The notes beneath the pieces are model-generated. The model saw only the letters and a list, made by a program, of their open reading frames with translations. It did not search any database and was not told the origin of the DNA. Of a DNA stretch of 64,000 bases, positions 8,486-17,909 are shown one piece after another; within the stretch, counting starts at the first letter, position 1; each line of letters opens with the position of its first letter. The translations under genes were made by a program, and so were the position numbers. The stretch is from Deltaproteobacteria bacterium (GTDB lineage Bacteria; Myxococcota; Kuafuiibacteriia; Kuafuiibacteriales; Kuafuiibacteriaceae), in contig JAVJQW010000041.1 in the NCBI GenBank assembly GCA_040218735.1, positions 192,001 through 256,000 of the forward strand, in the 5' to 3' direction.

Positions 8486-10404
8486 GGTACGCCGTCGTTT
8501 GTCTGTTGGCGACCGCAGCGTGCGGCTCGCCGTGCCTCGACGCCGCCTCGTCGGCCGGCTCCGCGCTGCGCGTGGAGGATCCGCGCGACGCGGAGACGTT
8601 CGTCGCGCACCCGTGGCCGTCCGACGCGCTGAAGTTCTCGCGCGGGCTGCGGCTGACACACTTCGAGAACCCGACGGACTCGTCGACGCTCGACGACTAC
8701 CTGAAGGTCATCTCCGCGGAGACCGACGCGTTTGCGACGTCCGGCGCCCTGTACCTCGGCTTTACCGGCCCGATCGATCCCGCCTCGCTCCCTGCCGACC
8801 CGCTCGCCGCGATGTCGAAGGATGCTTCGGTGTTCCTCGTCGACATCGACCCCGACTCGCCGGAGCGCGGGCGTCGCTTTCCGCTGCGGATGGAGTACCA
8901 GGAGACGGCGTCGACGTACCGCGCGCCGTTCAGCCTCGCGATGTTGCCGCCGTACGGCGTGCAGCTCCTCGGCGACACCACGTACGCCATCGTCGTCACG
9001 AACCGCGTGACGGATCCGGCGGGTGTCGCGATCGAGCCGGCACCCAACGCACACAACGCGATGTACGGCGGCTGCGAGGACGACACCCCCGACACGATCT
9101 TCACCGCCTTCGCTCCGCTGCGTGCGTACCTCGACGAGGTCGAGGACTTCGTCCGCGATGACGTGGTCGGCGCGTCCGTCTTCACGACGCAGGCCGCGGT
9201 CCGGGAGCTCCGCGAGCTCGCCGCCGTCGCGCGCACGCTGCCGGCGCCGGTGCCCGCGGAGTGGGAGGCGAAGGGCTGGAACGGCAGCCGCTTCCGCTAC
9301 GACGCGGTGATCGAGCTCCCCGGGTTCCAGGAGGGCGAGGTCCCGTACGTGTCACTCGGCGACGGCGGCAACCTCGCGCGCGACGCCGACGGCAACTACA
9401 CCGTGACGCACACCGAGCGCACGCGCGTCGGCTTCGCGATCCCGCGCGGCCCGATGCCCGCGAGCGGGTGGCCGGTGGTGCTGTACTCCCACGGCACGGG
9501 CGGCAGCTACGAGAGCGCCTTCTCGGGCGTGGTCGCGGACCTGCTCGCGCGGCGCGGGATCGCGACGGTCGGCTACGACCAGACGCTGCACGGCCCGCGC
9601 GCACCGCCGCGCACGAGCCCGGAGATCACGTTCTTCAACCTCTTCAACCCGATCGCGGCGCGCGACAACATTCGCCAAGGGTCGGCGGACTGCGTGGTGC
9701 TCACCACGATGCTGGAGTCGATGAACATCCCGGCGGGGGTGTTGGAGGAGGGCTCGGAGGCGCGGTTCGACACGTCGAAGATCGCATTCCTCGGTCACTC
9801 GCAGGGCGGGTTGGTCGGCGCCGGCTTCGCCGCGATCGACGAGCGCCCGCGCGCGTTCGTCTACTCGGGGCTCGGTGCGATCCTGTCGATCACGCTCCAG
9901 GAGCGGAAGGACATCGTCGACTTCGAGGCGCTGCTGGTGACGCTGCTCCGGCTCCCGGAGGGCGCGGAGCTGGGGGACACGCACCCCGTGCTGAACCTGA
10001 TCCAGACGTTCATCGACCGCTCCGATCCCATCGCCTACGCCGACAGCTTCCTGCGCGACCCGCCCGCCGGGGCGAACCGCGACTTCCTCCAGGTGGAGGG
10101 TTTCTTGGACTTCGCGTCGCCCGCCCGCGGGCAGGAGGCGTTCGCCGCGGCGGCGCGTTTCCCGGTCGTCGCCCCGGTGCACCGGGTGCCGGCGGCGTCC
10201 GAGCTGCTGGGGCTCGAACCGATGGATGCGCCGGCGAGCAGCAATGTCGAGACGACGGCGGGCCGGATCACCGCAGGATTGATCCAATACCCCGAGGAGA
10301 CGCACTTCCCGATCTTCGACAACCCGGATGCGCGCCGTCGGTACCTCGAGTTCGTACGCACCGCGATGGAGCAAGGGCGCGCGGAGATCGTCGCCCCGCA
10401 GTAG
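8482..10404 (+). CDS. Lipoprotein alpha/beta hydrolase with N-terminal Ig-like region
   Basis: Lipobox ATAA-C, WPVVLYSHGTGG, GHSQGG nucleophile elbow, C-terminal His (ETHF). Confidence 0.82.
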   Translation: MRYAVVCLLATAACGSPCLDAASSAGSALRVEDPRDAETFVAHPWPSDALKFSRGLRLTHFENPTDSSTLDDYLKVISAETDAFATSGALYLGFTGPIDPASLPADPLAAMSKDASVFLVDIDPDSPERGRRFPLRMEYQETASTYRAPFSLAMLPPYGVQLLGDTTYAIVVTNRVTDPAGVAIEPAPNAHNAMYGGCEDDTPDTIFTAFAPLRAYLDEVEDFVRDDVVGASVFTTQAAVRELRELAAVARTLPAPVPAEWEAKGWNGSRFRYDAVIELPGFQEGEVPYVSLGDGGNLARDADGNYTVTHTERTRVGFAIPRGPMPASGWPVVLYSHGTGGSYESAFSGVVADLLARRGIATVGYDQTLHGPRAPPRTSPEITFFNLFNPIAARDNIRQGSADCVVLTTMLESMNIPAGVLEEGSEARFDTSKIAFLGHSQGGLVGAGFAAIDERPRAFVYSGLGAILSITLQERKDIVDFEALLVTLLRLPEGAELGDTHPVLNLIQTFIDRSDPIAYADSFLRDPPAGANRDFLQVEGFLDFASPARGQEAFAAAARFPVVAPVHRVPAASELLGLEPMDAPASSNVETTAGRITAGLIQYPEETHFPIFDNPDARRRYLEFVRTAMEQGRAEIVAPQ

Positions 10405-10462
10405 ACGGTCGGTGGGATCGAGGGTTGCCGACGCGCCGAGGTTTTGGTGACCTCGTGTCCGC

Positions 10463-10969
10463 GTGGGTCCGATCGCCTCCAGCGCCCGAATCGTGCACGT
10501 GCTCGTGACGAGCCTGTGGTTGGGCGCGAGTGTCTTCTTCATGATCCTCGCGCCGACGCTGTTCGACATCGTCAGCTCGCGCCACGAGGCGACCGAGGTC
10601 ATCACCGCCGCGCTCGCCAAGATCGACCTGTTCGGCATCTTCGCCGGACCGCTGTTGCTCGTGACACTCGTCGCGGGTTGGCTCCCGCTCCAGACGCCCC
10701 TGCGTCTCCGCGCGCTCATCACGCTGGGGATGACGGTCGCCGTCGGCGTCAGCGGTCAGTGGATCACGCCGCGCCTCGTGCAGATCCAGGCCGCGATGGG
10801 CCGCCCGCTGCAGGACATGGATCCGACCAGCGTCGCGATGATCGAGTACGACCAGCTCCACACGGTGTCGAGCGGCCTCATGGTCTTCCACGTCGCCGCG
10901 GCGCTGCTGTTGTTGGTGCTGTCGGTGCGGGCGTCGCGCCCGAAGCGGAGCTTCGGCATCGAGCTCTGA
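10463..10969 (+). CDS. DUF4149/TMEM205-like four-TM membrane protein
   Basis: LWLGASVFF..LAP.LF, YDQLH..S motif, four hydrophobic helices. Confidence 0.7.
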   Translation: MGPIASSARIVHVLVTSLWLGASVFFMILAPTLFDIVSSRHEATEVITAALAKIDLFGIFAGPLLLVTLVAGWLPLQTPLRLRALITLGMTVAVGVSGQWITPRLVQIQAAMGRPLQDMDPTSVAMIEYDQLHTVSSGLMVFHVAAALLLLVLSVRASRPKRSFGIEL

Positions 10970-10972
10970 ACG

Positions 10973-12112
10973 CTAGTTCGTGTTCCACACGCGCTGCACA
11001 CGCTCGTAGACCGCGCGCCACGTGAACGCCGAAAGGTCGCAGTCGGGACGCGGTCGCTCGAGCGCGCGTTCGATGGCCAGCTCGAGTCGAGCGGTGAACG
11101 CCGGGAGGTCTTCGGCGTGGGGACGATCGACCTCGAGGCGCGGGAGCGGGACGGCTTCGATCGCCTTCGGGAGCTGCGCCGCGATCGCTTCGACGCCGGG
11201 GAGCTGCGACGCGACCACGGCACATCCGCACGCGAGCGCTTCGACGATCACCAGCGGCAGACCTTCGTAGAACGAGGGGAGCACGAACACCGCGGACCGT
11301 CGCAGCAGCTCGACGAGCCGCTCGTTCGAGACGCGACCGTGCCAGCTCACGTTGTCGAGGGCCGCCATGCGTTCGGCGAGGGCGTCGGTCTCGTCGCCCG
11401 CACCGCCGCCCGCCACTTCGAGCGACCAGTCCCTCCGGCGCGCGAGGACGTCGATCAGCGCGCCGAGGCCCTTCGCTTCGGAGATCTTGCCGACGAACAT
11501 CAGGCCGCTTCGTTCGGTGCTCGAGCCCGGCGTGAACGTCGCCTCGTCGTAACCCGCGCCGACCACGTGGACGCGCTCCGGTTCCACGCCGAGCCGGTCG
11601 ATCATCTGTACGCGATGCTGGTCGGACAGCACCACGAACGCGGCGGCCTTCTGCAGCGAGGCGCGCACGCGTTCGCCGATCTCCGCGCGGCACAGGTCCA
11701 TCTGGCGCAGCCCGGTCGCGTGTCCGTGGACCACGACCGGGACGTCGGCGAGCTCACACAACAGCGCGCTCACGATCCACGCGTGATGGGTGTGCACGAC
11801 GTCCGGGCGCGTTTCGTCGAGGACCCGCTTCAGGTGCGAACGCCAGCGCGCTTCGTAGGCGTCGATCGCGGCGGCGTCCATCGCGGAGAATCGAGCGCTC
11901 GGGTACGGCATGACGTCGCTCATGCCGACGACGGTCTCGAAGACGAGCGGGTGCAGCGTCGCGCCCACGTCCGGTGAAGGATCGTCGGCGGGCACGCCCA
12001 CGACGACGTGCTGCCGGTGATCCGCCGCTCCGTGTTTCACGAGCGCGGCGAGCGTGACCCCGGAGCCGGTGAGGTGCGGGCGCTGCGCGAGGACGTGGAG
12101 GATCGTCGCCAA
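10973..12112 (-). CDS. Glycosyltransferase family 4 (GT-B)
   Basis: PDVVHTHH, FVGKISEAKG, FVLPSFYEGLPLVIVEALACG (Ex7E). Confidence 0.92.
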   Translation of the reverse strand: MATILHVLAQRPHLTGSGVTLAALVKHGAADHRQHVVVGVPADDPSPDVGATLHPLVFETVVGMSDVMPYPSARFSAMDAAAIDAYEARWRSHLKRVLDETRPDVVHTHHAWIVSALLCELADVPVVVHGHATGLRQMDLCRAEIGERVRASLQKAAAFVVLSDQHRVQMIDRLGVEPERVHVVGAGYDEATFTPGSSTERSGLMFVGKISEAKGLGALIDVLARRRDWSLEVAGGGAGDETDALAERMAALDNVSWHGRVSNERLVELLRRSAVFVLPSFYEGLPLVIVEALACGCAVVASQLPGVEAIAAQLPKAIEAVPLPRLEVDRPHAEDLPAFTARLELAIERALERPRPDCDLSAFTWRAVYERVQRVWNTN

Positions 12113-12121
12113 CCCCGGCGC

Positions 12122-12892
12122 CTACTTCTTCTTCTTCTTCTTGGGCGGCGGCGGCGCTTCGTCCTCGTCGCAGCGCTTCTCTTGTCTGAAGCCCTTGAGG
12201 CTCCACTTCGTCCCGCGTTTGAAACACGCCCGCAGGTCCCACTTGTCGTCGTTGCTGGTGTGGAAGACGACGTCGTCGATCTGCGCGAAGTCACCGTCCT
12301 GCTCCACGCGACCCGTGCACGCGAAGTCATCGATGCTCGTGCCGCGTTTGCCGGTCCAGCCGTCGGTCAGCAGGTGGTACTCGGCGAGCGCGCACGCCGT
12401 CTCGGCGTCGAGCTGCTCCTTCGCATCCCCCGCGTCGATGACGACCTGCAGGGCGTCCTTGCGTTGGCTGACCTCGTGGATGCCCACGCCGCCGATGATC
12501 CAGAAGAACACACCGAACGCGATGCCGACGCCGCCGACCACCGAGCCCGCGGTGACGGAGGTCGGGACCACGACGTCGAACTCGCGCGCGAGCCGGCGAG
12601 CCTTGAGCCCCATCAAGATCGCGACGATCGAGAACACCGGGAAGATGCAGGTGAACAGCCCGAGCACACCCCAGATCACCGCCCACAGGCCGGACGATCG
12701 GACCGACTTGCGCGCGTTGTCGAGGCGCTTCGCGTCCTGCGCACGGTCGAATGCGTCCTCCTCGGCCTCCCGTTGACGCTCCGCCTCCGCGTCCGCGCGG
12801 CGCTGCTCGTGCGCGGCGGGCGTCGGCTGGTTGCAGTAGGCGCAGACCAGCGCGTCGTCGACGATGCTCGCTCCGCAGGAAGGACACTTCAC
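12122..12892 (-). CDS. Zinc-ribbon plus DUF4190-like membrane protein
   Basis: N-terminal CPSCG..CAYC ribbon, coiled coil, TM helices, C-terminal PPPPKKKKKK; GTG at 12892. Confidence 0.7.
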   Translation of the reverse strand: MKCPSCGASIVDDALVCAYCNQPTPAAHEQRRADAEAERQREAEEDAFDRAQDAKRLDNARKSVRSSGLWAVIWGVLGLFTCIFPVFSIVAILMGLKARRLAREFDVVVPTSVTAGSVVGGVGIAFGVFFWIIGGVGIHEVSQRKDALQVVIDAGDAKEQLDAETACALAEYHLLTDGWTGKRGTSIDDFACTGRVEQDGDFAQIDDVVFHTSNDDKWDLRACFKRGTKWSLKGFRQEKRCDEDEAPPPPKKKKKK

Positions 12893-12896
12893 GGCA

Positions 12897-13775
12897 TCAA
12901 CCTCGGTCGACCGGGACCGGCCCCTCGTCCGTCCAGCGGTAGAAACCTTCGCCGGTCTTCTTGCCGAGTTTGTTGGCACGCACGAGCTGCCGCAAGAGCG
13001 GCGGCGGCGTGAACTGCGGGCCGAGCTCCTTCGTGAGGTGCTCCGCGATCGCGAGGCGCACGTCGAGGCCGACGAGGTCCGTCAGCTTCAGCGGCCCCAT
13101 CGGGTGTTTGTAGCCGAGCTCCATCGCGCCATCGATGTCCGCCGCCGAACCCACGCCCATCTCCAACATCCGAATCGCTTCCATCCCCAGGATGATCCCG
13201 AGCCGCGACGTCGCGAAGCCGGCAACGTCGCGCACGACGATCTCCTGCTTCCCGATCCGCTTCGCCAGCGCGCGCGCACGCGCGACGACGTCCTTCGACG
13301 TCTGCTCCGCCCGAACGATCTCCAACAAAGGCATGATCGGCGGCGGGTTGAAGAAGTGCAGGCCGATGACCCGCGATGGATCGGCGACGGTCGCAGCGAT
13401 CTCCGTGAGCGAGAGCGACGAGGTGTTCGACCCGAGGATCGCGTCGTTCGCGATGCCGTCGACCGCCCCGAAGATCTGCTTCTTCAGCGCCATCGACTCC
13501 GGCGCCGCCTCGACCACGAGCCCGACCTCTTCGGCGCCCTCGTAACCCGTCACCGGCGTAATGCGTCCGAGCGCCGCCGCCTTGGCCTCCTCGGTGACCT
13601 TGCCCTTCGCGACGCCCTTGCCGAGTGACTTCTCGATGCGCGCGACGCCCGCCTTCACGGCGTCCTCGTTCACGTCGAACAGGCGCACCGCGATCTCCGC
13701 CTTGGCGAGGACCTCCGCGATCCCGGCTCCCATCGTTCCCGCGCCGATGACCAGCGCCGATCGAATCTCGCTCAC
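12897..13775 (-). CDS. 3-hydroxyacyl(butyryl)-CoA dehydrogenase
   Basis: GAGTMGAGIA Rossmann motif, VVEAAPE..LK, SNTSSL, GLHFFNP, HPMGPL.L.D.VGLD; GTG at 13775. Confidence 0.94.
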   Translation of the reverse strand: MSEIRSALVIGAGTMGAGIAEVLAKAEIAVRLFDVNEDAVKAGVARIEKSLGKGVAKGKVTEEAKAAALGRITPVTGYEGAEEVGLVVEAAPESMALKKQIFGAVDGIANDAILGSNTSSLSLTEIAATVADPSRVIGLHFFNPPPIMPLLEIVRAEQTSKDVVARARALAKRIGKQEIVVRDVAGFATSRLGIILGMEAIRMLEMGVGSAADIDGAMELGYKHPMGPLKLTDLVGLDVRLAIAEHLTKELGPQFTPPPLLRQLVRANKLGKKTGEGFYRWTDEGPVPVDRG

Positions 13776-14548
13776 TTCTTCTTCCCCTTCCGATCCAAGA
13801 ACGCCTGCATTCGGTCGTGTTTGTCGCTCGACTCGAAACACACCGCCTGCCCGAGGACGTCCACCGCCTCGAACGCCGGGTTCGAACGCCCCGCCGCGTT
13901 GAGCGCCATCTTGCTGATGCGCACCGCGAGCGTCCCTTGTTTGGCGATCGACAGCGCGAGCTCACGCGCCGCGCCGAGCACGTCGTCGTCCGGCACCACG
14001 CGGTTCACGAGGCCGATGCGCTCGGCTTCTTCCGCGCCGATGATGCGGCCCGTGAAGATCAGCTCCTTCGCGCGCCCGAGGCCCACCAGCTTCGGGAGCC
14101 GCTGCACGGCGCCGGCGCCGGGGAGGATGCCGAGGCCGACCTCGGGCTGACCGAGCTTCGCACCTTCGCCCGCGACGCGGAGGTCGCATGCCATCGCGAG
14201 CTCACACCCGCCGCCGAGCGCGTAGCCGCGGATGGCGGCGATGGTCGGGATGGGCTGGTCCTCCCAGCGGCGGAACAAGCCTGCGTTGATCTTGCGGAGC
14301 GCGTCGGAGCGGTCGCGCTCCTTGAGCTGCGCGATGTCGGCGCCAGCGGCGAAGGCCTTGCCGCCTTCACCCGCGAGGACGATGGCTTTGACGTCGTCGT
14401 CGAGCGCGAGCTCGTCGATGATCGCGCCCAGCTCGCGGATCATCGTCAGGTCGATCGCGTTGCGGACTTCCGGACGGTTCAGCGTGACGTGCGCGAGGAC
14501 CCCGTGCTCGGTCTCCTCCCGCTCGAAACGAACGGTCTCGTAGGACAT
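13772..14548 (-). CDS. Enoyl-CoA hydratase/isomerase (crotonase)
   Basis: LNRPEVRNA, FAAGADI, ALGGGCELAMACDLR, GQPEVGLGILPGAG (both catalytic Glu). Confidence 0.94.
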   Translation of the reverse strand: MSYETVRFEREETEHGVLAHVTLNRPEVRNAIDLTMIRELGAIIDELALDDDVKAIVLAGEGGKAFAAGADIAQLKERDRSDALRKINAGLFRRWEDQPIPTIAAIRGYALGGGCELAMACDLRVAGEGAKLGQPEVGLGILPGAGAVQRLPKLVGLGRAKELIFTGRIIGAEEAERIGLVNRVVPDDDVLGAARELALSIAKQGTLAVRISKMALNAAGRSNPAFEAVDVLGQAVCFESSDKHDRMQAFLDRKGKKK

Positions 14549-14586
14549 GCGGACCTCTCTAGGAGATCCGCGGCATCAGGTCCACG

Positions 14587-15981
14587 TCAGATCCCGCAGG
14601 CGCCGCGGGGGTTGTCAGAGGAGTCCTCGACGTCCGACACGTAGTACACCTCGACGTTCTCGCCGGGGCCGGGGACCTTGTCGCCGTTGAGCGTCACGAG
14701 GTCGGCGGAGGCGGTGAAGTCCGTGCCCGGGACGAGGTCCACGCCGTCGCCGAAGCGGCCGCCGGTGAGCCGCACGCGGATGCCCTCGGGGTACTCGGCG
14801 GGCGGGGAGATCGCGAAGTCCGTGTTGAAGACCAGGTCGCGCGCGATCCGCTGGAGCGTCTCGGCGAAGGAGTCCTGGCAGATCGAGTCGATCAGGCACG
14901 CGGCGCGCTCGTTCTCGGGCGCGCGGCAACCGTAGACCCCGAATGCGCTGTTGGCCTGGTTCAGCTCGGCCTCGAACATCGTAGCGAACCGGACGTAGCG
15001 GTTCGCGGAGAGCGCCGCGCAGCAGTCGCCGGCCCGGAAGAACGAACACGACAGGCACGCGATCGGGTTCGAGTTCCACTGGTCGAACGGCTCGCTCAGG
15101 CACTCGCCGCCTTCGCAGTGTTCCCATTGCTCGCAGACCGCCATCGCGTTGCCCGAGTTGCAGGACACCCGGCTGTGGTTCTGCGGGCCCATCTCGCGGC
15201 ACAGTGAGCCGCACTCGGCGCCGAACTCGATCGAGCAGTTCGAGGCCTGGCCGTCCGCCGCGCCCACGATGACCGCGACGCGCGTCTTCTCGACGCTCTT
15301 GTAGCGCTTCAGATCCTCGAGGTACTGCGCGACGTTGTCGTCGCTGCCGTCGTCCTCGTCGGAGACGAGCACGACGACGAGGTTGGCGTCGTCGCGGAGG
15401 AAGTTCTCGTTGCACTCGCCGTTGCCGGTCTTGTCGAGCGCGCGGATCATCGCTTCGAGGCCTTCTTCGTCGCCGGAGCCGCAGGACCCGACCTGGACGT
15501 TGTCCTGGAACGTGGAGATCTGCGTGGCGGCGTCCAACACCGTGGAGTCGATGATGCGGGTGTTGGCGTTCGGGCCGCGGAAGCAGCTCGTGGGGATGTC
15601 GGTCGCGACGCAGCCCTGAAGGTTGGGGGAGGTCAGCGCGGGCACGCCGGTGCCCGGCTCGGTCTCGAAGTTGTCTTCGCGTTTGCCGTCGGCTTCGTTG
15701 CCGGCGCTGGTGTCCGTGGTGACGACCGCGATCCGGTAGTTGTTCTGGGGCCCGGCGATCGTGTTGATGAACGCGCTGAAGTTTGCGGCGAGGTTCGCCT
15801 GCTCGTCGGCCATGGAGCCGGAGTTGTCGACGACGAACAGGATGTCCGCCGGCAGCGGCTCGGCCGCGGCGCGGACGATCTCCTGCTCCTTGATGGTCTC
15901 CGGGCACTTCTGCTCGAAGCGGTAGTCCTGACAGCCGCAGAGGACGACGAGCGTCGACGCGATCGAGATTCGGCGGGACAT
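14587..15981 (-). CDS. Cys-rich VWA-domain lipoprotein, CglB (gliding adhesin)-like
   Basis: Lipobox [52 protein letters not shown]; ATG at 15981. Confidence 0.8.
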   Translation of the reverse strand: MSRRISIASTLVVLCGCQDYRFEQKCPETIKEQEIVRAAAEPLPADILFVVDNSGSMADEQANLAANFSAFINTIAGPQNNYRIAVVTTDTSAGNEADGKREDNFETEPGTGVPALTSPNLQGCVATDIPTSCFRGPNANTRIIDSTVLDAATQISTFQDNVQVGSCGSGDEEGLEAMIRALDKTGNGECNENFLRDDANLVVVLVSDEDDGSDDNVAQYLEDLKRYKSVEKTRVAVIVGAADGQASNCSIEFGAECGSLCREMGPQNHSRVSCNSGNAMAVCEQWEHCEGGECLSEPFDQWNSNPIACLSCSFFRAGDCCAALSANRYVRFATMFEAELNQANSAFGVYGCRAPENERAACLIDSICQDSFAETLQRIARDLVFNTDFAISPPAEYPEGIRVRLTGGRFGDGVDLVPGTDFTASADLVTLNGDKVPGPGENVEVYYVSDVEDSSDNPRGACGI

Positions 15982-16032
15982 CGCGCGATTCTTGCTTGCC
16001 GCGGGTGGCGAGATCAATTCTCTATCGGGCCC

Positions 16033-17346
16033 ATGCTCGACTTCCGGAAGCTGGCCGACGACCTCGACACCTACCGCGCCGCCCTCGGGCGCCGTCCGAC
16101 CTTCGATACGTCGCTGTTGGACCGCGTGAAGGACCTCTGGGCCGACCGGGCGTCGGCCATTCAGAAGACGCAGACGCTCCAGGCCGAAAAGAACCGCCAG
16201 AATGCAGAAATGAAGCGGATCTTCAAGGAGGGGACCGACGACGAGAAGAAGGCCGCCCGGGAGAACCAGCGGGCGCTGTCGGACGAGATCAAGGGGCTGG
16301 AGGCCCGCGTGAACGAGGTCGAGGAGGAACTGTCGCAGCTGATGCTCGACATCCCGAACGTCCCCCACACGTCGGTCCCGAACGGGGAGGGCGAGGCCGA
16401 CAACCAGGTCGTCCGCCACTGGGGCGAAAAACCCACGTTCGACTTCGCGGCGCGCGACCACGTCTCGATCGGGCAGGACTGCCTCGGGCTCTTCGACTTC
16501 GACCGCGCCGGCAAGCTGACCGGGTCGCGCTTCTCGGTCCAGTACGACGGCCTCGCCCGGCTCGAGCGCGCGGTCGCGATGTTCATGCTCGACACCCACA
16601 CCGCGGAGCACGGCTACCGTGAGGTGGCGGTGCCGTACCTCGTGAACTCGGCGGCGCTGACCGGCACCGGGCAGCTCCCGAAGTTCGCCGACGACCAGTT
16701 CAAGGTCCCGTACAACGACAACGTCGACTACTGGCTGATCCCCACCGCGGAGGTGCCGGTCACGAACCTGTACGCGGACTCGATCCTCATGCCGGACGAC
16801 GGACCGCTGCCGCACACCTACTGCTGCCACACGCCGTGTTTCCGCAAGGAGGCCGGCGCCGCCGGGCGCGACACCCGCGGCATCCTTCGGCAGCACCAGT
16901 TCCACAAGGTGGAGCTCGTGCGCTTCGTGGATCCCGAGACGTCGTACGACGAGCTCGAAAAGCTCGTGGGTCACGCCGAGGCGATCCTGCAGAAACTCGA
17001 GCTGCACTACCGCGTGTCGCTGTTGTGCACCGGCGACATGAGCGCCAACGCGGCGAAGTGCTACGATCTGGAAGTGTGGCTCCCGGGCCAGGACGAGTAC
17101 CGCGAGATCTCGAGCTGCTCGAACTTCGAGGACTTCCAGGCGCGGCGCGCGAAGATTCGTTACAAGACCGAGGCGAAGGGCAAGGCGCGCCTGCTTCATA
17201 CACTGAATGGATCGGGCCTCGCGACGGGCCGCACGGTTGTCGCGATCCTCGAGCAGTACCAGGACGCGGACGGCGGCGTGCGCATCCCGAAGGTGTTGCT
17301 GCCGTACATGGGCGGCGTCGAACGCCTGGAGCCCAAGGCGTCGTGA
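16033..17346 (+). CDS. serS: Serine--tRNA ligase
   Basis: N-terminal coiled coil, LIPTAEVP, motif 2 [32 protein letters not shown], motif 3 [13 protein letters not shown]. Confidence 0.98.
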   Translation: MLDFRKLADDLDTYRAALGRRPTFDTSLLDRVKDLWADRASAIQKTQTLQAEKNRQNAEMKRIFKEGTDDEKKAARENQRALSDEIKGLEARVNEVEEELSQLMLDIPNVPHTSVPNGEGEADNQVVRHWGEKPTFDFAARDHVSIGQDCLGLFDFDRAGKLTGSRFSVQYDGLARLERAVAMFMLDTHTAEHGYREVAVPYLVNSAALTGTGQLPKFADDQFKVPYNDNVDYWLIPTAEVPVTNLYADSILMPDDGPLPHTYCCHTPCFRKEAGAAGRDTRGILRQHQFHKVELVRFVDPETSYDELEKLVGHAEAILQKLELHYRVSLLCTGDMSANAAKCYDLEVWLPGQDEYREISSCSNFEDFQARRAKIRYKTEAKGKARLLHTLNGSGLATGRTVVAILEQYQDADGGVRIPKVLLPYMGGVERLEPKAS

Positions 17347-17900
17347 GGCGCTGGGCCGGATCCCTGCTCGTCCTCGCTGTGTGCTCGGCTTGCTCGGGCA
17401 CGAGCGGGGACGACGATCCGGCCGACGCCGGCCCCGAGCCCGACGGCTCGACGCGCGACGGCGGCGTGCTCGAAGGGGACTTCGGCGTCGAGGTCGGCAC
17501 TGGCCTCGTCGCGTTCGAGACCGTCGACGGCGACGACGTCCTCGACCTGATCCAGGGCCCCCAGAGCGCCGGACGTTACGGCGGCTACCACATCTGGATG
17601 GCGGTGCGGCTCGTCGACATCGAGCCGATCGACGTCGACATCATTACGCTGTCGATCGAGACGAGCACGACGGTCGAGGCCATGGTCATGCGCCGCCCCG
17701 CGGGCCTCCCGTTCGAACCTTGCGACGACGGTCAGTGCGCCGCCGGCTTCGCGCCGCGGCTCGACGACTGCTGCCGGGTCTCCGAGCAGCCCGTGACGCT
17801 GAAGGCGTTTGTGATCGCGAAGAACCGCCGCATGGTCTCGGCGTCCGTCGAAGCGAAAGCGGGCGCGTGCCTCGACGCGGAAGCGCCGGTCTGCGACTGA
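17343..17900 (+). CDS. Hypothetical lipoprotein
   Basis: GTG overlapping serS stop, lipobox CSA-C, DAG/RDGG linker, QGPQ..GGYHIW motif. Confidence 0.75.
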   Translation: MRRWAGSLLVLAVCSACSGTSGDDDPADAGPEPDGSTRDGGVLEGDFGVEVGTGLVAFETVDGDDVLDLIQGPQSAGRYGGYHIWMAVRLVDIEPIDVDIITLSIETSTTVEAMVMRRPAGLPFEPCDDGQCAAGFAPRLDDCCRVSEQPVTLKAFVIAKNRRMVSASVEAKAGACLDAEAPVCD

Positions 17901-17909
17901 CGCCGCGAC

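Noticed and set aside
14587-17199. Apparent 870-aa ORF
   Set aside because: Its first ~405 aa are the antisense of serS; the real lipoprotein starts at 15981. The same artefact inflates 28401-30929, 58370-59968, 61410-63449 and 1370-3325
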